Assembly (NCBI GenBank): GCA_024275655.1
Contig: JAJRYR010000040.1
Span: 1-53,177, forward strand
DNA from: an archaeon
GTDB taxonomy: Archaea > B1Sed10-29 > WALL01 > WAMD01
Direction: 5' to 3'
DNA: 53,177 nucleotides
Part shown: positions 10,192 to 19,072 of the stretch, piece by piece
How positions within the stretch are numbered: position 1 is the first letter of the stretch
How the letters are laid out: each line of letters begins with the position of its first letter
Notes under the pieces: generated by a model
Told to the model about the DNA's origin: nothing
The model's input: only the letters and a program-made list of their open reading frames with translations
The model's database searches: none
Made by a program: the position numbers and the translations under genes

Positions 10192-11678
10192 TACAACCAC
10201 CACAACTTAGCATTCCTCAACTGCTCCACATCATTCTTGTATATCTCTCTCAAATCCGTTATTCCGTAGTAGTCTACTATCAACCTCTCAACTCCCAGCC
10301 CCCAAGCCAAAACTGGGACTGCCTTACCAAGCAGTGGTTCCACGACCTCTGGTCTAAATATCCCAGCACCTCCGAGTTCAATCCACTCCTTCTTCACTGG
10401 ATGGTAAACCTCTGGCTCAACACTCATCTCCGTATATGGGAAGTAATGAGGTCTAAATCTAACCTTCTTGAATCCAAGTTTTGAGAGGAACTCCTTTAGA
10501 TAACCTAGCAGGTGCCTAAAATTAACATCCTCAGACACCACTATACCATCACTCTGAGTGAACTCAAACAGGTGTTTCCAGTCCAATGCCTCATTTCTAA
10601 ACACCCTACCAACAGAGAAAAATTTTGCAGGGAGCTCCGTTTCCTTAAGTTTAGCAAGTGTTTGAGCGGAAAGTATTGTAGTATGGGTTCTCAGAACCAT
10701 TCTCTTAGCTTCCTCCTCACTCCACTCGTATTCCCATCCCAATGAGCCATCCACTCCCTCTTCATGGGCCTTCTTAACTCTAGAGACCAAATCACCACCA
10801 GGCAACTCTCCATACTCTGGCTCCACATAGAAAGTATCCTGAAGCTCCCTGGCCGGGTGATCCTGAGGAACGAAAAGTGCATCGAAATTCCAAAAACTGG
10901 TCGTGACTATTGGTCCGTTCATCTCCTTGAACCCCATCTCAAGCCAAATCTGCCTAATATAATCCTTAGCCAGATTGGCAAAGTGCCTTTTACCAGGATA
11001 GATGGGAGGGGTCGGAGCAGATACATCATACTTCCTAAACTTCACCTTCCTCCACGAACCCGTTCTAATCATCTCAGGTGTGAGGTTACTAACTTCCTCC
11101 TCTATGGTTATGCCTTTCTTAACAATATCCCTTCCTAGATCGGTTAGATGCACTCTTATCTCCTTTTCCTCTCGAACATCCAATATTTTAGACCTCTCTT
11201 TAACAAATCTCCTCAAATCATCTGGTATTTCGCTTGCGTAAGCTCCAGTTTTGAGCAACTCCAGAAACCTTTCTGTTGGAAGCTTCCCTCTAGCAGCCTC
11301 CTTCCCTTTTTCAGACAAGACTATTCTGCCACGGTCCACTTTCCCGAGCCCTAGTTTGGATAGCCAAACCAACGCTATTCTAAATTCTCCTCCCAATTTC
11401 TTAGCAACCTCAGAAACAGAGTCTACTCCTGAAAGAACCAACTCTAAAAGCTTCCTCTCTGGGAGCCCTTCCTGGGCATACCTACGGCCCTCTTGATTTA
11501 GCTCATATACCTCCTTCACATCCTCGTCCACGCTGATCAAACCCTTTGCCTTCAACCATTCCAACGCCTTCAGCACTGCGTCCTTCTTTAACCCTGTCTT
11601 TCTAGCTATGGTTTCCGGATCCTCTGCTCCCTTATTCACTGCCAACAATACCTTTTTTTCATGAACAGTGAGGTTCAT
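10191..11678 (-). CDS. pheS: Phenylalanine--tRNA ligase alpha subunit
   Basis: FWNFDALFVPQDHPARELQDTF, LRTHTT, FPYTEMS, WGLGVERL. Confidence 0.97.
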   Translation of the reverse strand: MNLTVHEKKVLLAVNKGAEDPETIARKTGLKKDAVLKALEWLKAKGLISVDEDVKEVYELNQEGRRYAQEGLPERKLLELVLSGVDSVSEVAKKLGGEFRIALVWLSKLGLGKVDRGRIVLSEKGKEAARGKLPTERFLELLKTGAYASEIPDDLRRFVKERSKILDVREEKEIRVHLTDLGRDIVKKGITIEEEVSNLTPEMIRTGSWRKVKFRKYDVSAPTPPIYPGKRHFANLAKDYIRQIWLEMGFKEMNGPIVTTSFWNFDALFVPQDHPARELQDTFYVEPEYGELPGGDLVSRVKKAHEEGVDGSLGWEYEWSEEEAKRMVLRTHTTILSAQTLAKLKETELPAKFFSVGRVFRNEALDWKHLFEFTQSDGIVVSEDVNFRHLLGYLKEFLSKLGFKKVRFRPHYFPYTEMSVEPEVYHPVKKEWIELGGAGIFRPEVVEPLLGKAVPVLAWGLGVERLIVDYYGITDLREIYKNDVEQLRNAKLWWL

Positions 11679-11730
11679 GATCACCACCAGAAAATCAGTT
11701 ATTTATTGCAGGAGAGCTATAAAAGGTTTG

Positions 11731-12084
11731 ATGGTGGTTCTAGATGCTAGCGGAGTACTGAACGCCTTCGGTTTCAGATTTGATAGGAAGTTTTACACAA
11801 CCCCTAGTGTAATGGAAGAAATAAAAGACCTCAGATCGAGGGCAATAGTGGAATCTGGAACAATTCAAGGCAAGCTAATGGTCCTCCTACCAAGCAAAGA
11901 ATCTCTAGAAAAGGTAAGAGAGGCTGCGAGAAAATTAGGTTTTGAGAAAAAACTATCAAAAACTGATATGGATATAATCGCACTTGCGCTAGATTTAAAA
12001 GACGAACTGTGGACAGATGACAAAACCCTAGCAAAATTAGCAAATAAGTTGGGGATAAAAACATCCCCCATAATATGGAAATAA
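11731..12084 (+). CDS. nob1: Nob1-type PIN endonuclease, no zinc ribbon
   Basis: VLDASG, TTPSVMEEIKD, LSKTDMDIIALA, WTDD PIN motifs. Confidence 0.8.
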   Translation: MVVLDASGVLNAFGFRFDRKFYTTPSVMEEIKDLRSRAIVESGTIQGKLMVLLPSKESLEKVREAARKLGFEKKLSKTDMDIIALALDLKDELWTDDKTLAKLANKLGIKTSPIIWK

Positions 12085-12092
12085 ATGCGTGC

Positions 12093-12887
12093 TTACTCTT
12101 CTTCCTCTTCTTCTATTACTGGCTCTTCAGCGAAGGCCTCCTTCAGCAGTTCAATTATCTGCTTCCTATACCAGAATGCCAGAACAATCACAATCACGGC
12201 TGCTGCGGCGTACAGGGGGTTCCCAAATCTATACTTGAGATCTTCAATCAATCCTTGAAGTGAAAACTGGGTCTGTATTGGTTTATCCCTCTCAAAAACT
12301 AGCTTGAACCCTTCAGAGGATAGAGGGCCTCTCCACGTGTATTCATAGAATTCTCCCAAATATCCGGGAAGCTGCGCTATTACCCTTTGTTCCGTTGGGT
12401 TTGGTTGGGGGATATCTGCCAACCTATACCCTCTAGGAAACTCCACCGTTAACTGCGTGGCAGGGCGCAAGGGCAATTCAAACTTACCATCTTTTTGAAA
12501 GACAGTATCAGTACCTACCAACTCCAACACTTCACTAGTTCCCTTATCCTCAACTTTGTGAAGTAAGGAATCAGTAGTGTACTGAAGAGTTATCTGTGCA
12601 AATCCACCCGAACCCATGACGTAGCTAACATGGTAATCCCTTATGGGAACCGTAAAACTGGGGCCGGTCCCCAAAGAGATTAAATCATTCACAGTGGCAT
12701 TTGATAGAATGTTCTCCCAAGTGGTCTTTTCAGTGCTGTTCAGCTTCACTTGGTAAACCTCAGTTATTCGAATATCTCCAGAATAAGGAATCAAAACTGT
12801 AATATCGTGCGCAATGTACTCGACAGCCATTACTCCTGAAACTAAAAACATCAAAGCCAAAACTGAAACTAAAGGCCAGTACCTCAT
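12093..12887 (-). CDS. Secreted protein with C-terminal TM anchor and acidic tail
   Basis: N-terminal signal peptide, TM helix YAAAVIVIVLAFWY, poly-Glu end. Confidence 0.8.
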   Translation of the reverse strand: MRYWPLVSVLALMFLVSGVMAVEYIAHDITVLIPYSGDIRITEVYQVKLNSTEKTTWENILSNATVNDLISLGTGPSFTVPIRDYHVSYVMGSGGFAQITLQYTTDSLLHKVEDKGTSEVLELVGTDTVFQKDGKFELPLRPATQLTVEFPRGYRLADIPQPNPTEQRVIAQLPGYLGEFYEYTWRGPLSSEGFKLVFERDKPIQTQFSLQGLIEDLKYRFGNPLYAAAAVIVIVLAFWYRKQIIELLKEAFAEEPVIEEEEEE

Positions 12888-12952
12888 ACTCTAGATTATG
12901 TGCTCAGAGGTTTAAAACATTAAGCTCTAGTAAAGGTAAGTTAGAAGGGGGG

Positions 12953-13702
12953 TTAGATGTTCAGTTCCACTGGGAGCAACTTGATACCCTCGGATGTAAT
13001 CTGCAGTGGGACCATCCCCTCATAATGCTTCGTGGCTCTCATCTTTCTTATGAATAAGATCCTATGGGCCCCCTCAAGTAGTGGCATTGTAGTATACCTC
13101 AAAACTATGACTCCATCCACCACATATTCCTCAACACCAAACCGAGAGTACCTCTCCAGTTCCTTCCCATACTCGGGTATCTCAGATATGAGGATGGATG
13201 TTAACCCAGTTTGCTTTAGGTAGTACACGAGCTTGAGGATAAACTCCCTTATCTTTGATTCCTTTTCCATGTGGAAACCCAATGCAGGAATTGAATCCAG
13301 CACAAACCTCTTTGCACCTATGCTCCTGGCCATTTGCATTATCTTTATCAAGAGCTTTTCTGGTTCGAATTCGTGTGACTCCACGTAATACTGTTCCATT
13401 GATGGGACTCCTATCTTTGTAGCAGATAGATCTAGGATTGCCAGCTTTCCTTCATCCTCCAATGCTTTTATGTCCCAGCCAAACCTAAGCATATCCTCTC
13501 TAATGAGTTCTGCTCTCTCATCCACGGTTATGTACAATCCAGGTTCGTTGTGTTCCAACGCTCCCTTTATTAGGTACTGCATTGCCAGTATTGTTTTACC
13601 AGTTCCACAACCACCTGAAACTAGAATGCTTCTCCCCCTAGGGAATCCTCCTTCTATGAGCTCGTCCAAACCAGGAATTCCAGTTGGTACTCTCTCAACC
13701 AT
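12953..13702 (-). CDS. KaiC/RAD55 family single-domain ATPase
   Basis: RVPTGIPGLDELIEGG, GGCGTGKT, VLDSI, EYVVDGVI, RKMRAT. Confidence 0.93.
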   Translation of the reverse strand: MVERVPTGIPGLDELIEGGFPRGRSILVSGGCGTGKTILAMQYLIKGALEHNEPGLYITVDERAELIREDMLRFGWDIKALEDEGKLAILDLSATKIGVPSMEQYYVESHEFEPEKLLIKIMQMARSIGAKRFVLDSIPALGFHMEKESKIREFILKLVYYLKQTGLTSILISEIPEYGKELERYSRFGVEEYVVDGVIVLRYTTMPLLEGAHRILFIRKMRATKHYEGMVPLQITSEGIKLLPVELNI

Positions 13703-13771
13703 GAGCATCACCACTAGAATAACGTGGGAGTTATTTAAAAAGTTGTTTGTTTGGGAAAAGGAGAAAAAGTG

Positions 13772-13853
13772 AGGTGGGCGCTCTCTGGAGGGGGAGGGGA
13801 CGGGGGGGTGGTATGACCAGCGTATCCAAGCAATCCAGCGTCAGCGCCCACCT
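13772..13853. repeat. 11-bp perfect inverted repeat enclosing a G-rich tract; terminator-like on the minus strand
   Basis: AGGTGGGCGCT (13772-13782) and AGCGCCCACCT (13843-13853); on the minus strand it is followed by CTTTTTCTCCTTTT. Confidence 0.7.
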
Positions 13854-14341
13854 ACCAAGTAGTATACTTTCCTGCCAGCTCTCTTCTTTTCTAGGAGGCC
13901 TAGTTGGTAAAGCCTATTTAGCCTGGCTGAAGCGGCGTTTCGGCCCTTGTATCCAAGGGCCTTCTGAACTTCATCTGCAGTGGCCCTTCCCTTTTCTTTT
14001 ACAAACGCAATTATTCTCTCGTCCACTTCGCTCAGGATTTCGGTTTTCGAGGTGATGGGAACAGAGGTGGAAGGAACCGTTCCCTCTCCTTTCTCTAGGA
14101 TGCTCCTTATTGCACGGAGCTCTTCTAGTATGACCTGGAAGAGCGCATTTGTCTTTTTTCTTTCTTCTATGAGGCGATGAATCATTGCACCAACGATTAT
14201 TGGATCATTGAACTTCTCAAGGTCATATGTAATGTCTTTACTGTATTCTCGGAATTCCTCATCACCGTAATCCCCAAGGTATTTTTTGTACTCCTCCAGC
14301 CAGGCCTTGGAACCAGTGTGATTTATATTCTTGTTCGTCAT
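13841..14341 (-). CDS. Coiled-coil plus C-terminal winged-HTH protein, putative regulator
   Basis: LSEVDERIIAFVKEKGRATADEV...ASARLNRLYQLGLLEKKRAGRKVYY is a wHTH. Confidence 0.8.
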   Translation of the reverse strand: MTNKNINHTGSKAWLEEYKKYLGDYGDEEFREYSKDITYDLEKFNDPIIVGAMIHRLIEERKKTNALFQVILEELRAIRSILEKGEGTVPSTSVPITSKTEILSEVDERIIAFVKEKGRATADEVQKALGYKGRNAASARLNRLYQLGLLEKKRAGRKVYYLVGGR

Positions 14342-14362
14342 AAACTATCACTAGTAACCTGC

Positions 14363-14411
14363 CATGACTTGTCTCGTTACTGTCATGATTAAGTCATGAC
14401 TAGTATATAAA
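14363..14411 (-). promoter_or_regulatory. TATA box with clustered GTCATG palindromic operator-like sites
   Basis: TTTATATA on the minus strand (14404-14411); palindrome AGTCATGACT 14392-14401; TCATGA 14383-14388; CATGACTT 14363-14370. Confidence 0.65.
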
Positions 14412-14496
14412 TCTATCGCTCGTTCTAGAATCAGGAGAATATCTAGGTTTTAGTGGGTATTTATAAAGGATCAGGGATCTTGTCTTGGCAAAATCC

Positions 14497-16773
14497 CTAA
14501 TTTTCCATTCCCAGCTCCTTCTCTGCTTCTGCCACGACCTTTTTCACTTTCGCAACAGCATCTGGATTAACGGAGATGCTAGTAATTCCCTGCTCCACCA
14601 AAAATCTCGCAAACTCTGGATAATTACTAGGTGCCTGTCCACACAGACTAACGGTCTTTCCCTTCTTCCTAGCACCATGGATTATCATAGATATGGCTCT
14701 CTTTACTGCGGGATCCTTTTCATCAAACAATCCCATCCTTCCAAGCATGTCAGAGTCCCTATCCACGCCTAGAACCAGCTGAGTGAGATCGTTGGACCCA
14801 ATGCTGAATCCGTCAACTAGCTCAGCAAACTCTTCTGCAAGCAAGGCCACACTCGGGACCTCTGCCATTATCCAAACCTTGAATTTCTCGCCTCTTTCCA
14901 ATCCCTCTTCCTTCATTATCTCAAGGATCTTCCTCACTTCCTCCTGCTTCCTCACAAATGGTAGCATGACCCACAAGTTGTCCAGCCCACTGTCCCTAAC
15001 CTTCTTCACAGCCTTCAACTCTAACCTAAAGGCTGGCTCGTACTGTGGAGAGTAATACCTAGAACATCCTCTCCAACCAAGCATGGGGTTGTTCTCCTCT
15101 GGTTCATATTTCTCTCCACCTTCCAAATCCCTGTACTCGTTGGTCTTAAAGTCTGAAAATCTAAGCACAACTGGCCTGGGATAAAATGTCTTACACACTT
15201 TGGCTATTCCCTCTGCCAGCTTATCAACCCATTCCTCAGCTTTTCCTTCCTCTATGGCCTTCAGAGGGTGCTTCTTTATGTAAGTGGCAATTATGAACTC
15301 CTCCCTCATCAAGCCTACTCCATCCACCGGCAGTTTCGCATATTTCTCCGCCATATCTGGGACTCCCAGATTTAGATAGATCTTCGTCTTGGTTTTTGGA
15401 AGTTCTGAAAGATCTAGTTCAGCCTCCTTCTCTATCTTTACCTCTCCCTTGTAGATTATTCCCTTCGTGGCATCCACGGTAATTATGTCTCCATCCTTCA
15501 CGAGTTTAGTAATGTTTCCAGTCCCAACCACTGCAGGGATTCCCAGCTCTCTAGAAACTATCGCCGCGTGGCAGGTCATCCCCCCCTCATCCGTGACAAT
15601 GGCTGCTGCCCTCTTCATGGCAGGAACCATATCTGGATTGGTCATCGTGGTAACCAGTATGTCCCCATCCTGGACCTTGTCCAGCTCATCCAAGCTGAGA
15701 ACGATCTTAACCGGACCAGTGGCAATTCCTGGGCTAGCCGGGAGTCCCCTAGTTAGCACTTCGCCCTTTATCTCTTCCTCCCTCTCTTTCTCCACTTTTT
15801 CTTTGAGCTTCAATGTCGTTATTGCTCTGGACTGGACGATGTACAGTTTGCCATTCTCATACGCCCATTCCATATCCTGGGGATGTCCGTAGTGCCTCTC
15901 AGTTTTAAGGCCCAACTTTGCCAGCTCTATGATCTTGTCATCTGGGAGTTTTTGCTTGTCTTGAAGCTCTTCTGGAATTTCATATCTAGCGGTGCCCTTT
16001 CCACCAGGAGCCCTAGCTATTTTCCAAGTTTGCTTCGCAATATTCTTTGATATAATCTTCAAACTCTCCTTGTCTATGACATAAGTATCTGGAGTAACCT
16101 TCCCGCCAACCACAACCTCTCCCAAACCATATGCTGCCTCTATGATGATCTTGCTTGTATCTCCTGTCGGTGAAGCAGTAAACATAACTCCAGAAACCTC
16201 TGATTCAACCATCTTCTGAACCACTGCAGCTAGTTTCACCTTCTCATGGGGGAATCCCTGCTTCTCTCTGTAGAAAATTGCTCTGGGCGTAAACAGGCTC
16301 GCCCAGCATCGTTGAACATTCTTAACAACCTCCTCCTCCCCAATAACATCTAGATATGTCTCCTGCTGACCAGCAAAGCTAGCCTCTGGCAAGTCCTCTG
16401 CAGTAGCGGAAGAACGAACAGCAACGTAAACTGGCTTTCCACCACCAACTTCATTGCACAGTTTTCTATACGCCTCAACTATGTGCATCTCAATATCTGT
16501 TGGTATCCTTGTGTTCAGTATCAAATCTTGAATCCTCTTTGCATTCCTCTCCAATTGATCAGTATCATCAACATTAGTTTCCCTGAGTATCTTAAAGATT
16601 GCGTCCTTCAACCCCGTCCTAGTGATAAACTCCCAATATGTATCGGCAGTAACAACAAATCCCGGAGGAACTGGAAGCCCCAATTGAGTCATTTCTCCTA
16701 GGTTCGCTCCCTTTCCACCAGCAATAGGAATGTCATCCCTGCTTATCTCTGAAAACCAAACCACATACTTCAT
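14497..16773 (-). CDS. ppsA: Phosphoenolpyruvate synthase
   Basis: GGKGANLGEM, VAVRSSATAED, GGMTCHAAIVSRE, MLGWRGC, SIGSNDLTQ, CGQAPS. Confidence 0.97.
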   Translation of the reverse strand: MKYVVWFSEISRDDIPIAGGKGANLGEMTQLGLPVPPGFVVTADTYWEFITRTGLKDAIFKILRETNVDDTDQLERNAKRIQDLILNTRIPTDIEMHIVEAYRKLCNEVGGGKPVYVAVRSSATAEDLPEASFAGQQETYLDVIGEEEVVKNVQRCWASLFTPRAIFYREKQGFPHEKVKLAAVVQKMVESEVSGVMFTASPTGDTSKIIIEAAYGLGEVVVGGKVTPDTYVIDKESLKIISKNIAKQTWKIARAPGGKGTARYEIPEELQDKQKLPDDKIIELAKLGLKTERHYGHPQDMEWAYENGKLYIVQSRAITTLKLKEKVEKEREEEIKGEVLTRGLPASPGIATGPVKIVLSLDELDKVQDGDILVTTMTNPDMVPAMKRAAAIVTDEGGMTCHAAIVSRELGIPAVVGTGNITKLVKDGDIITVDATKGIIYKGEVKIEKEAELDLSELPKTKTKIYLNLGVPDMAEKYAKLPVDGVGLMREEFIIATYIKKHPLKAIEEGKAEEWVDKLAEGIAKVCKTFYPRPVVLRFSDFKTNEYRDLEGGEKYEPEENNPMLGWRGCSRYYSPQYEPAFRLELKAVKKVRDSGLDNLWVMLPFVRKQEEVRKILEIMKEEGLERGEKFKVWIMAEVPSVALLAEEFAELVDGFSIGSNDLTQLVLGVDRDSDMLGRMGLFDEKDPAVKRAISMIIHGARKKGKTVSLCGQAPSNYPEFARFLVEQGITSISVNPDAVAKVKKVVAEAEKELGMEN

Positions 16774-16835
16774 GTAACCACCAAATAATACAATTCAATT
16801 CAATAATTTAAACTTTAATCGGTTAATAGCTAGCG

Positions 16836-17933
16836 ATGGCACTTAGAACCAAGAGAGCGCTGAGCAAGAAACTGAAAACTGTGAGAGATATAATCGCAGA
16901 TCTAGAGGAGGTAAAGAATAGATGGGAGAATGCATCAAAGAGAGTAAAGAGAGTTCTAGGTCTCATATCCCAAATAGCAATTGACAATGCATACGTACGA
17001 AACAGGGAACTGCTGCTGAGTGGAGAACTAGACAGAAAGTTGGAGAGATTGCTGTCTTCTCTAAGACTGATGGAAATGGAAATGAGACACGATATCGCAG
17101 ACAGCATATACACAGAGGAGGACAGAGAAAAACTCATAAAAGAAATTGAAAGGTTAGCTCAGGCCGAAGCAAAAATGGAAGAGAATTTGAGAAAGATACA
17201 AACAGTGAGAGAGGAAATACAAAAGTTGAATGAAGAGGAAAAGAAAGATCTCAGATTCTTCCTGGAAAGAAGGATCTTTCCACACAAGAGTGGAAGAATG
17301 GTAACTCCTATAGTGTACACTGGAAAAATGAAGAAAAATATTAGGAATCCAGTTCTAGCCCTAGACAGCTATCTACTACACAAAATTGGAGAGAAGTTTG
17401 AGGGCAATGTTTGCATAGTACCTGCATTCTCGCATGAGATAGAATTCGCGGAACATGGGAAATTGATAGAGATCACTCCAGGAAAAAGCTATAAATTCGA
17501 ACACCCCAATGCTGTAGTAATACCCAAAAAGGCACAGGAAGTAACGAAATTCGAAATAGACAAACATGCAGATAAAAAGGACAAGATCTTAATCATAAAA
17601 GGAATAAACCGCATATTAAATGACAAAGAACTGGCAAAACTAATAGAAAAGGTGAATCCAAAATACGTGGCAGTGTTTGGAACCTGGCACGAAAGAACTG
17701 ATCCAGAATTTGAGGGAGTCCCTGTAATAGATGAGAAAACGATCAAGATCCTGGAAAGATCAGGATTCCAAGAGGTCACGCACAGAGTAATACCTCCAGA
17801 AGAGCTAGAAAAGGTAAAAAAGGCTGAAGAGAAAATCAAATCATCGTTTGAACCCTGGGCAAAGTACTTCCCAGCAACAAAAGTAAGAATATTTGAAAGA
17901 GTCGGGAGGGAGAAGCATGCCAAAAAAGGTTAG
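16836..17933 (+). CDS. Hypothetical protein (N-terminal coiled coil, C-terminal alpha/beta domain)
   Basis: 365-aa ORF divergent from ppsA; no family recognised. Confidence 0.75.
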   Translation: MALRTKRALSKKLKTVRDIIADLEEVKNRWENASKRVKRVLGLISQIAIDNAYVRNRELLLSGELDRKLERLLSSLRLMEMEMRHDIADSIYTEEDREKLIKEIERLAQAEAKMEENLRKIQTVREEIQKLNEEEKKDLRFFLERRIFPHKSGRMVTPIVYTGKMKKNIRNPVLALDSYLLHKIGEKFEGNVCIVPAFSHEIEFAEHGKLIEITPGKSYKFEHPNAVVIPKKAQEVTKFEIDKHADKKDKILIIKGINRILNDKELAKLIEKVNPKYVAVFGTWHERTDPEFEGVPVIDEKTIKILERSGFQEVTHRVIPPEELEKVKKAEEKIKSSFEPWAKYFPATKVRIFERVGREKHAKKG

Positions 17934-19062
17934 GAGAACAAACGTGAGAAGAGTATCCCTGGAAAAGGCCAGGAAAGAGGCATTAAAAAAGTTGATCCAA
18001 GAAACGAGAAAATTCAAAATGCTAGAGAACACCCTGAGAAATTTGGATTATAGATTCATATACCACCTAGACCCAAAAACTGAAGAAGATGAAATAGCTG
18101 ATTTGGCCGCTACCCATTTGGAAAAGCTCCTAAGGGAAGTTGGACCTAGGGAGTATGTGAGGGGACTTTTATCACGGTACAAAGATGAGTATCCCTATGC
18201 AACGGCTGTAATGAATGAGCTATTAAAAAACATTAAAACAGAGAAGGAGGCCATAAAAATAATAAAGAATACTCTTAATGAAGAGGTTGAAGGAAGAAAG
18301 ATTGTGGACCTCCTCAAAGACAAAAGCGTGCCGCTCACTCTAAGGGCAGATGTTCTCATAAAGATATATGAAAAACTGGGTTCCACCGGCAAGTACGTGT
18401 CATTTCATGAAATGAACAAGGCATTGAAAGAACTGGGTGTGGATCTAACAACAAGGACCCTGGATGAAGATGACCCAAGCAATCCCAATTTCTGGCAAAG
18501 GAAGGAAGAATTCAAGAGGAACCCGAGCCTTCAAGAACTAGAAAGCTTGGAGCTCCTGGATACAAAAAATGAAACTCACATAAAAGATGAGATAGTGAAA
18601 TTGATGGGGTTCGTGCGATTGTATGAAGCTGGTGGGCTGGAGGAAGAAGAACTTGATGACTTGATAAACGAGTTCGTGGATTACGCGATGAATTTAGCAG
18701 AGGGGGACAGGCAAAAGGTGCTGAGGTACGTGGACAAGTTTGATGAAGAAGGATTGCTCTACCAAAAGATAACCTCCTTATTGAGAGCAAATGAGATACC
18801 AAGTAATGAGGACGTAGAGAGAGAAGTGAAGAATTTACTGGAGGAAATCAAAGCACACCCTCAAAAGCTGGCAAAGGATAAAAGGGTAGTTGAGAGATTG
18901 ATAAATAGAGCATATCTAAAGGGTTTGCACCCGGTTGAGGTAAAAAGAGTCCTAAGGAATCTTGTCAAAGACAAGAAGCTAAAAGAAAAGATCTTGGAAA
19001 AGATTGATAAAGTGTACTACGGAGAGCCCGATTATTCCGAACCACTAAAGGGCTACTTGTGA
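17917..19062 (+). CDS. Hypothetical alpha-helical protein
   Basis: Long charged helical ORF; ATG 17917 after GGGAGG overlaps the upstream stop. Confidence 0.75.
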   Translation: MPKKVRRTNVRRVSLEKARKEALKKLIQETRKFKMLENTLRNLDYRFIYHLDPKTEEDEIADLAATHLEKLLREVGPREYVRGLLSRYKDEYPYATAVMNELLKNIKTEKEAIKIIKNTLNEEVEGRKIVDLLKDKSVPLTLRADVLIKIYEKLGSTGKYVSFHEMNKALKELGVDLTTRTLDEDDPSNPNFWQRKEEFKRNPSLQELESLELLDTKNETHIKDEIVKLMGFVRLYEAGGLEEEELDDLINEFVDYAMNLAEGDRQKVLRYVDKFDEEGLLYQKITSLLRANEIPSNEDVEREVKNLLEEIKAHPQKLAKDKRVVERLINRAYLKGLHPVEVKRVLRNLVKDKKLKEKILEKIDKVYYGEPDYSEPLKGYL

Positions 19063-19072
19063 GGTTAAGGAG

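Noticed and set aside
13843..13857. tRNA-like stem followed by ACCA on the plus strand
   Set aside because: No cloverleaf or T-loop; ACCA is the complement of Leu-Val codons of the wHTH gene
13747..14055. 102-aa plus-strand ORF
   Set aside because: Antisense to the wHTH gene and reads through the G-tract; no coding signal
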